This document shows, piece by piece, positions 14,790 to 21,201 of a stretch of 21,620 nucleotides of DNA. The DNA is taken from positions 1 through 21,620 of IMG/VR virus record IMGVR_UViG_3300046692_000144. The stretch is one strand, 5' to 3'. The translations under genes and the position numbers were made by a program. This stretch comes from a virus (taxonomy: Duplodnaviria > Heunggongvirae > Uroviricota > Caudoviricetes). The notes beneath the pieces are model-generated. The model worked only from the letters and a program-made list of their open reading frames with translations. It did not search any database and was not told where the DNA came from. The stretch's first letter is position 1. Each line of letters begins with the position of its first letter.

Positions 14790-15118
14790 TTGAGTTAATG
14801 ACGTTTCTACACCAGTTAGTTAAGAAGATTCCTGACTATAAAGAGTTTGGCAGGGTATATCTGGAACTGGATAACGGGTCATATGACCTAATCATTACCC
14901 AGCTAAAAACCAACTCCATCGCTTACCGCTTCAGCAATGGTGGTAGGGCTGCCCATGACTGGAATCCAAGAGGGGCAGCTTACTACCGATATATAGTTGA
15001 CCGAGTATCAGAAGTACACCTAAACATTGATAACGATATACTGGGCCGACGACCTGGCGGAGTTCGGATACACACTTCAAAAGTCTTTTGGAAAGAGGGG
15101 TTAAAGAAACGTGATTGA
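14786..15118 (+). CDS. paralog family member (cluster B)
   Basis: ATGA overlap. MIELMTFLHQLVKKIPDYKEFGRVYLELDNGSY. Confidence 0.85.
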   Translation: MIELMTFLHQLVKKIPDYKEFGRVYLELDNGSYDLIITQLKTNSIAYRFSNGGRAAHDWNPRGAAYYRYIVDRVSEVHLNIDNDILGRRPGGVRIHTSKVFWKEGLKKRD

Positions 15119-15443
15119 TATAACCGAGTTCCTTCGTCGTCTTACTAAAAAGATAACAAGCCCCTCAAACATTAGTCTTATCAAAGTTGTGTTTAAGTCC
15201 AATGGTACGGAGATAAACATACGCGAAGTTGGTGACGACGGACGTATCCTATACGCGTATGGGTCAGGTACAAAAGGCCCATCAAAATCATGGACACCTC
15301 ACACAATGGTGGGGGCTAAGTACGTGATATCCCGGATCGAAGAACAACGAGTTAACAAGAGCCATATAAAGCCGATGTCCAGCCTCGTACGTCCTATTAA
15401 CAAGGCAGTGATCTACGTCGAGAAAATTGTGGAGGAACTATGA
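15111..15443 (+). CDS. paralog family member (cluster B)
   Basis: GTGATTGA overlap, GAGGGG RBS. MIDITEFLRRLTKK. Confidence 0.8.
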   Translation: MIDITEFLRRLTKKITSPSNISLIKVVFKSNGTEINIREVGDDGRILYAYGSGTKGPSKSWTPHTMVGAKYVISRIEEQRVNKSHIKPMSSLVRPINKAVIYVEKIVEEL

Positions 15444-15745
15444 GTATCAACGTTCAGGAGTTTTTCCGTCGCCTAGTTGATAAGCTTGGACTTGCCGAGG
15501 ACCCAAAGATCGAAAAGGTCTTTGTACAGTTCAATGGCGATACTGTAATACAACTTCTCAAGTTCCTGGGGAATGAGCAGTTCGAGTACCGATTCATCCC
15601 TGTCCATGGTGACAGGGTAAATAAGTGGTACTCCAACGGAAGCAGTACTCGTCGTTACCGAGTTGCAAGTATTAGGCGTAAAAAGGAGACGCCTGGAGTT
15701 CTAGGAGGCCGTGGTAGTCTACACATAAATCTGGAGGATGGCTGA
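15440..15745 (+). CDS. paralog family member (cluster B)
   Basis: GGAGG RBS, ATGA overlap. Alignable with 15745 (LGL…F.+FN…I++LK+LG…F.Y.F.P..G). Confidence 0.8.
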   Translation: MSINVQEFFRRLVDKLGLAEDPKIEKVFVQFNGDTVIQLLKFLGNEQFEYRFIPVHGDRVNKWYSNGSSTRRYRVASIRRKKETPGVLGGRGSLHINLEDG

Positions 15746-16098
15746 TGTCTAATCCTAGTGGATTTGTAGATAACGAGAATTACTTCACTACTCTTATCAA
15801 CCGCTTGGGCTTGGAAGCGGGTGACCCGGTACGTACCCTCTTCATTAGATTCAACCAAGGTGCAAGCATCAGGGTTCTCAAGTATCTTGGCGACTCTACT
15901 TTCAGCTATGTGTTCTACCCTGCCAGGGGTGAACAGGGTGAGTCAAATTGTTGGTGTTTCAAAAGGGAGGAGAACGATAACCTCTCAGTGACGAACGTGT
16001 CGAAGATGTTCAATCTGGTTCGCCCCTACGATCCGTTCTACTCCCCAAACGGTCATGAAATACTGGTAAATGTGGAGAGCATCTATGAAGATGATTGA
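15745..16098 (+). CDS. paralog family member (cluster B)
   Basis: GGAGG RBS, TGATG overlap, paralog of 15440. Confidence 0.8.
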   Translation: MSNPSGFVDNENYFTTLINRLGLEAGDPVRTLFIRFNQGASIRVLKYLGDSTFSYVFYPARGEQGESNCWCFKREENDNLSVTNVSKMFNLVRPYDPFYSPNGHEILVNVESIYEDD

Positions 16099-16396
16099 TC
16101 TAAGAGAGTATCTCTTCTCTCTAGATACAGACCTTTGGAGTATGGGTCGCAAGAAGAGGCTTGAGGGGATCGTGGTGCAGCTTATCCACACCGGGAACGA
16201 GCTGCTGCCACGGGAGCTTTTCCGTAAAGACCGGAACCTTGACAACACCTACTACTACACTGTCCTGGGCATGGATGGTAATGTTAAGAGGTGGCTGATA
16301 CATAGAAATTACTGGGAGGTAGTCAATGTCTCCCGTAAGCGGTATCATGGTGGCATTAAAACATTAATCACTGCAACCAGAGTTGGGAGTGCGTAA
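16091..16396 (+). CDS. paralog family member (cluster B)
   Basis: Start moved to ATG 16091 (ATGATTGA overlap, GGAG upstream). MIDLREYLFSL. Confidence 0.7.
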   Translation: MIDLREYLFSLDTDLWSMGRKKRLEGIVVQLIHTGNELLPRELFRKDRNLDNTYYYTVLGMDGNVKRWLIHRNYWEVVNVSRKRYHGGIKTLITATRVGSA

Positions 16397-16588
16397 ATGC
16401 GATACGACTTAGATATTCAACCCGGACCAACCCTTACCCCGCGTGTCTCAGTGACGCAGAGGAACAAGGCCCGAGAGAACACTCAGCTTTTAGGTCAGAT
16501 GCTATTGGCCGGAGTTACGGACGTTGCTCGGATCAAGGAAGTAAATCGGATCGTTTCTGAAACCCTCAGGGCAGTGAATGAGATATGA
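16397..16588 (+). CDS. hypothetical protein
   Basis: GGGAG RBS, abuts the upstream stop. Confidence 0.65.
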   Translation: MRYDLDIQPGPTLTPRVSVTQRNKARENTQLLGQMLLAGVTDVARIKEVNRIVSETLRAVNEI

Positions 16589-16773
16589 GCCACGCTACTA
16601 ACAATGACCTGATTCGTTTGGTCAAGGACACTAAAGATGACTGCAAGTATGATGTTCGTACTGCGATTGATCTCTTGGCAAACCTAGAGTCCTGCAATCG
16701 CATACCCTCAGACTTCAAAGAAGGTATCGAAGCAATTATCAGCAATGCTTACTCTGCATTGGAGGCGCTGTGA
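16585..16773 (+). CDS. hypothetical protein
   Basis: ATGA overlap. Confidence 0.65.
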   Translation: MSHATNNDLIRLVKDTKDDCKYDVRTAIDLLANLESCNRIPSDFKEGIEAIISNAYSALEAL

Positions 16774-17060
16774 CTACTCTTGCTATCCGCGAACAGTTCG
16801 AAAAGGCAACGATGTACGAGTCTTTGAACGAATCCACTCGGCAGCTACTAGACTCCACTGCCTGGCCTACGTGGTGCTTGGCGTGGAGCCGTATGAAATC
16901 CTCTATTGACGTAGAGCTTCGTGAGAAAGTCCGAGGACTCCTAGCTATTTCTGAAGCAGAGTGCTACCACTTAGATAGTGTTGGCGAAGGCTCCTCTGCC
17001 AGAGTCCTCCGTAGGGAGATTACTCTGATGGACGATTACCTGACGTCATTAGACTCCTAA
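16770..17060 (+). CDS. hypothetical protein
   Basis: GGAGG RBS, GTGA overlap. Confidence 0.7.
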   Translation: MTTLAIREQFEKATMYESLNESTRQLLDSTAWPTWCLAWSRMKSSIDVELREKVRGLLAISEAECYHLDSVGEGSSARVLRREITLMDDYLTSLDS

Positions 17061-17064
17061 GACT

Positions 17065-17080
17065 GGTATAAGGTAAGTAG
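17065..17080 (+). promoter_or_regulatory. repeated promoter-like motif
   Basis: GGTATAAG-GTAA-GTAG, starting 5 nt after a stop codon. Confidence 0.7.
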
Positions 17081-17094
17081 AAAGGAATTATTAG

Positions 17095-17418
17095 ATGACC
17101 GAAGATGTTCACCAACGTATTGCCGCTACATGGGAAGCCCTGAATGAACTCGGTGATATGGTCGCCCATCGTAACCCGGAGGATGAACTTACTTTAGTTA
17201 CCATGCTTCACGAGGTTGCAAAGCTTCAGGTGGCAGGCCAGTTGCCTCAATTAAACGGTGCGGAGGACATTGGTAACTCCGTGTATTACTCTTTCGCAGA
17301 TCGTAACGTAGTTACCTCACAACGTTTGTTCTACGCTCTTGGGATGATTGATGATGACGGAATCTCCTTGGATGTGCTTCCGGTGCCTTCAGCCAACGGA
17401 ACTCAAAAAAAAGTATGA
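17095..17418 (+). CDS. hypothetical protein
   Basis: AAGGA RBS, 107 aa. Confidence 0.75.
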   Translation: MTEDVHQRIAATWEALNELGDMVAHRNPEDELTLVTMLHEVAKLQVAGQLPQLNGAEDIGNSVYYSFADRNVVTSQRLFYALGMIDDDGISLDVLPVPSANGTQKKV

Positions 17419-17488
17419 CCACAAGGCTGCCGTCTGGCGGCTAGGTTGCTCCCACTGTGGGAGCTTTGTATTCTTCAGTAGGAAGTAA
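17351..17488 (+). CDS. unannotated 45-aa zinc-ribbon protein (overlaps the upstream gene in the +1 frame)
   Basis: MMTESPWMCFRCLQPTELKKKYDHKAAVWRLGCSHCGSFVFFSRK*: CxxC-20-CxxC, GGGA at 17341-17344, stop 2 nt before the ATG at 17491. Confidence 0.6.
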   Translation: MMTESPWMCFRCLQPTELKKKYDHKAAVWRLGCSHCGSFVFFSRK

Positions 17489-17490
17489 CT

Positions 17491-18513
17491 ATGGACGTCA
17501 ATGCAATCTTCGAGAAGTACACTCGGGAACAACTGATCGATATGCTCATGAAGGACGGCAAAGAGATCCTTCGCCGGAAACACATGCTCACTGCCTGCGG
17601 CGAAGAGATGCATCGTCTTGGATCTGATAAAAAAGAAATCCTCGATGCCATCGAAGCGGATGAAGCCAAGTGGATTAGTGGCTACTGCATCGGTTCGTAC
17701 AACCAGATGCGTGGCTACATCCTTGATCTGGAGAAAGGCTTGTGTCTACGACCTAAACATATCGACGATATGTTCAAGGCTCGTAGTGACTACGTTCCTC
17801 AGGCCAGTGAGACTAAATCCCCTGCCGAGGCTATGCGTTCTCTTCAAAACGAATGCATTGAACTTCGTCAAGTCATGATTGCTGCCGCAGAAGAGATCCA
17901 CGAACACTGGGACGATCACTGCGACGAAGACGGCTACGGTCCTGCAAATCTACAACGTCGTCTGGAACAAGGCGTTGCTGTGTGCTATCCAGGATACACC
18001 ATGGGTGCATTCCAGAAGATGGAGCGACAAATAGAGATGCTAAATCGTCGTCTTGATAGTGTACGTAAGCAACGGGAACGAGAGGCCTCTGTCCCGGAAG
18101 TAGAAGTACTCAAAGTTTCTCGGGGAGAGGCTCCCGAAGGTTGGGCGGTGCCAGGAGGTGCGGAGAACCTCTCCTCCCCTTGGAAGGCAGAGATCGTTCG
18201 CACCTCCCCTCTCACCAAGAAACTTCGATTGGTCGTAGAAGAAGGGGACGAAGTACGGATTTCCGAGATCATCGTTGATGGCGGTGACGCTCAAGACAAG
18301 AATCTGTCGGTGCTCTACCAATTCGTCAATGCAGTGTCGAGAACCATGCATATGAAACATAAGTGGCCTATGTGGTGGAAGTTGGTTAAGGCCAACGCGT
18401 GCTTCCGTCTCTGTATGACCGGTAGCCTTTCCTACACCATCGAACCTGCCACTGATGAAGAGTTTCAGATGCTGGATTCATTCTTCAAGTATCTGGGAGC
18501 GGTCTATGACTAA
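17491..18513 (+). CDS. mosaic hypothetical protein containing an Ead/Ea22-type prophage module
   Basis: 340 aa with AAAEEIHEHWDDHCDEDGYGPANLQRRLE flanked by coiled-coil heptads. The family label is from recall and unverified. Confidence 0.6.
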   Translation: MDVNAIFEKYTREQLIDMLMKDGKEILRRKHMLTACGEEMHRLGSDKKEILDAIEADEAKWISGYCIGSYNQMRGYILDLEKGLCLRPKHIDDMFKARSDYVPQASETKSPAEAMRSLQNECIELRQVMIAAAEEIHEHWDDHCDEDGYGPANLQRRLEQGVAVCYPGYTMGAFQKMERQIEMLNRRLDSVRKQREREASVPEVEVLKVSRGEAPEGWAVPGGAENLSSPWKAEIVRTSPLTKKLRLVVEEGDEVRISEIIVDGGDAQDKNLSVLYQFVNAVSRTMHMKHKWPMWWKLVKANACFRLCMTGSLSYTIEPATDEEFQMLDSFFKYLGAVYD

Positions 18514-18859
18514 GTCTTTGCTTGAGAAGTACCAGGCACTGGCGGAGTACATCCAAGGGCTGGCTACCGAGATGAACTTGGCAGGAAGAAAAGCTATGCA
18601 GTATCAGCATTCTTCGACCAGTAATCTGGGAGTAGCCAGTATCTGCAACGATGTGTCCGATTCTGGGAACAAGGTTCTTCTGGAGAACAGTCTTAGCTCT
18701 GATGATTTTTCTCTCAGCAAGAGGCTGGCCCGAGCAGAGCAGTTGCTCAACGATGCATACTGCACTCACACCCTGAACAAAGACGGTCGTTACCCAATCG
18801 AAGACTACTTCAAGGAACACGGACTGACCTTTGTTCATGAAGAGGAGAAGGGCGGATGA
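18506..18859 (+). CDS. hypothetical protein
   Basis: Start moved to ATG 18506 (GGGAG RBS, overlaps the upstream stop). Confidence 0.7.
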   Translation: MTKSLLEKYQALAEYIQGLATEMNLAGRKAMQYQHSSTSNLGVASICNDVSDSGNKVLLENSLSSDDFSLSKRLARAEQLLNDAYCTHTLNKDGRYPIEDYFKEHGLTFVHEEEKGG

Positions 18860-19209
18860 CTCAGAGACCGACGATTGAGGATTGTCCATTCTGCGGTCCT
18901 CATAAAAACTTTGATCGACCGATGGTCATTCAAGATGATGACTCTTTCTACTACGTGTACTGCCCTATCTGCGAAGTTACTTCTGAGCATTTCTACTTGG
19001 AAGTAAAGGCGTTAGAAACCTGGAACAAACGTGCTCCAACCGCAGGGGAACTTCACTGGAAAAACAACCATGACTGTCAGGTTGCTAAGACTAGGATCTT
19101 GATCGACCGTCCGGATATGCCCGTGGAAAGGGTCAAAGCATATAAACATATCTGCGAACTCGAACTCCGAGTAGCACTACTAGAAAAACAACTGAGTACA
19201 AAGCAATGA
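18856..19209 (+). CDS. Lar-family (restriction alleviation-like) zinc-ribbon protein
   Basis: CPFCG…YYVYCPICEV…ALETWNKRA is the Lar-family pattern. GGAGAAGG RBS. Confidence 0.75.
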   Translation: MTQRPTIEDCPFCGPHKNFDRPMVIQDDDSFYYVYCPICEVTSEHFYLEVKALETWNKRAPTAGELHWKNNHDCQVAKTRILIDRPDMPVERVKAYKHICELELRVALLEKQLSTKQ

Positions 19210-19238
19210 CGCGTCGTGCAATAGAACTGGTAGGTACT

Positions 19239-19256
19239 GGTATAAGGCATTTGTAG
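19239..19256 (+). promoter_or_regulatory. repeated promoter-like motif
   Basis: GGTATAAG-GCATTT-GTAG (6-nt spacer), intergenic. Confidence 0.6.
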
Positions 19257-19288
19257 CTAGAACAATAATTCAATCCGGGAGGATCAAA

Positions 19289-19450
19289 GTGGAAAACTGT
19301 GTATTTTGTGGAGCACATTCGTTAGAACCAACGGTGTGCTCTTGTGACAAAGACTTCGAGGTCTTCGGCGACGGCGTCGAGATCGACATTCCAATCAGAC
19401 TTACACCTAAGGAGGCCTCGGCTGCAACTTGGGGAGGCAACGATGCGTAA
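19289..19450 (+). CDS. unannotated 53-aa Cys-rich protein
   Basis: GGGAGG RBS at 19277-19282, GTG start, MENCVFCGAHSLEPTVCSCDKDFEVFGDGVEIDIPIRLTPKEASAATWGGNDA*. The stop overlaps ATG 19443. Confidence 0.7.
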   Translation: MENCVFCGAHSLEPTVCSCDKDFEVFGDGVEIDIPIRLTPKEASAATWGGNDA

Positions 19451-19967
19451 CGTAGAAAAACAAGCACAGGCACTGAAGTTAGCGTTGGAGGCGGCTACTG
19501 ATATCCAAGCCAATCCAGGTTGGGACTATGCTCATATCGTGGCCTGTATCCAGGGTGCGATCTTGGATATGCCACTGGTTCCAACGGACATCACTACTGG
19601 CCTTGTCCAGCATATGCCTAAGGTAAACGAAGGTTACGATATGGTCGTGACTGACGGGGAGTTCCCCTCTGTAACGTTGACAGTTCCGGGGCACAGTTAC
19701 ACGTATGCGGTTCGTGGCGATGTAGAGGCTATTAAAAAGCTTCAACGAGCAATCGCTATCACCAATCCTAATGACCTTAAGAAGTTCATCGTGGCGGCAA
19801 CTTCGTACGGAGTTACCGTGACTGTAGAGGATATGACTCTGCCCCACGTACGGAGAGAGCGTACTGCTACCATCGCTTACGTCAAGGGTGAAACCGGTGA
19901 GTTAACTGCGCTTGACTTCATCCGACACACTTTCAAAAACTCTCCAATTGAGGCCTTCCCACAATGA
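19443..19967 (+). CDS. hypothetical protein
   Basis: Start moved from 19344 to ATG 19443 (GGGGAGG RBS, ATGCGTAA overlap). Confidence 0.75.
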   Translation: MRNVEKQAQALKLALEAATDIQANPGWDYAHIVACIQGAILDMPLVPTDITTGLVQHMPKVNEGYDMVVTDGEFPSVTLTVPGHSYTYAVRGDVEAIKKLQRAIAITNPNDLKKFIVAATSYGVTVTVEDMTLPHVRRERTATIAYVKGETGELTALDFIRHTFKNSPIEAFPQ

Positions 19968-20347
19968 AAGACTTTTTATTCAGCAAACTCAAGTTCACCA
20001 CCTGGTTCAGCATCATCCTGACGGGTGTGCTTATCACCTCCGCTATCCTGGATGGTGGCAAGACAAGTCTTCTCCCTATCCTGCTCCTCGCGGCATTTCC
20101 CATCGGAGTCCTTCTCCTTACTATCCACCTTCGGCGCAAGGAGCGTGAGGACAGCGAAGGTTTTCGTAGGCCGAAGCCTGAAGATATTCGTGATTACCGC
20201 GAGGCTATGATCGACGGCCTCATGGGCATCCTCCTGTCCGCAACAGTGATCTACTACGGTCATGTAGCAGAGAAAATCGTTGCCATTGTCGTGAGCGTAA
20301 TCATCGTTCGCCTGATGGCTATTCTGTACAAAAGCTGCAAGGAGTAA
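19964..20347 (+). CDS. integral membrane protein (about 4 TM segments)
   Basis: ATGA overlap. Two pairs of hydrophobic segments separated by a charged loop. Confidence 0.75.
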   Translation: MKDFLFSKLKFTTWFSIILTGVLITSAILDGGKTSLLPILLLAAFPIGVLLLTIHLRRKEREDSEGFRRPKPEDIRDYREAMIDGLMGILLSATVIYYGHVAEKIVAIVVSVIIVRLMAILYKSCKE

Positions 20348-20352
20348 ACAAA

Positions 20353-21201
20353 ATGGCAGTAGAGGCCTTCCAGTGTGATGTAGAGAAGACGATCCGAGCT
20401 ATGGCTGCCGAGGGTCGTTCAAAGAAAGAAATTCAGGAGGCCCTTGGTGTCAACCGGAACACTTTGAAGTACATGCTGGAAGCCTTGGGGGATGTTCGCT
20501 TCCGCCATGGATCTGTCTTCGAAGTACGTGGCTTCAAGGGAACTATCGAGGAGATCTTGAGACACTTCAAACTCGATATGTGTACCTCAACGGTACACTG
20601 GCGCATGGAAAAGGGTCAGTCTCTGGAAGAAGTTTTCTTCGTACCTCCTGTGGGTGAGAGATTCACTTATAAAGGTTTCCGAGGTACCACTACTCAGATA
20701 ATCCGTCACTTCAACCTGAGCATCTCCCGGGATACTGCATTCAAGCGAATCAAACGGGGGATATCGGTGGATGAGGCTTTCTCCCCGGCACAACCCCATA
20801 CTCGTGCAGCTCATCAAAAAATCGGTCGCTACAAAGTCTACACGGTCAATGGAGTAACGGATAACCTGGCTAAGCTCCATGCCCAGTTCAAACCACCGTT
20901 AGCGGTAGAGACAATTCGTAGACTTATCCGTGCAGGTATGTCTGCTGAAGACGCCTTTAAAGAGAAGAAGGGTAAGCTTACTGTCCGGGGCTTCACTGGG
21001 TTTATTCCGGATATCCTCAAGCACTTCAAACTAGACATCTGCAAGAGTACGGTCTCTCACCGTATCACCTATTACAAATGGGATGAGGACCGTGCGTTCT
21101 TCACTCCACCAGACATCACTAGATCAAGGTACAACGAGTATGAGCGAGCAAACTGTATTCCAGCGAGCGTTGGACCTGTACACCCCTCCATTCACGTTTA
21201 A
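20353..21201 (+). CDS. putative DNA-binding protein: N-terminal HTH plus four tandem helical repeats of about 44 aa
   Basis: AAGGAG RBS, GRSKKEIQEALGVNRNTLK (HTH), then four F/Y-x-V-x-G-F-x-G…HF.L…T…R+..G.S.++AF repeats. Confidence 0.75.
   Translation: MAVEAFQCDVEKTIRAMAAEGRSKKEIQEALGVNRNTLKYMLEALGDVRFRHGSVFEVRGFKGTIEEILRHFKLDMCTSTVHWRMEKGQSLEEVFFVPPVGERFTYKGFRGTTTQIIRHFNLSISRDTAFKRIKRGISVDEAFSPAQPHTRAAHQKIGRYKVYTVNGVTDNLAKLHAQFKPPLAVETIRRLIRAGMSAEDAFKEKKGKLTVRGFTGFIPDILKHFKLDICKSTVSHRITYYKWDEDRAFFTPPDITRSRYNEYERANCIPASVGPVHPSIHV

Noticed and set aside
17448-17470. GCTCCCAC-T-GTGGGAGC followed by TTTGT as a terminator
   Set aside because: Weak U-tract, very small loop, and it lies within the probable zinc-ribbon ORF. 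Kept only as a caveat.
19206-19256. 16-aa mini-ORF MTRRAIELVGTGIRHL overlapping the upstream stop
   Set aside because: No RBS, and the sequence is adequately explained by the promoter motif it spans.
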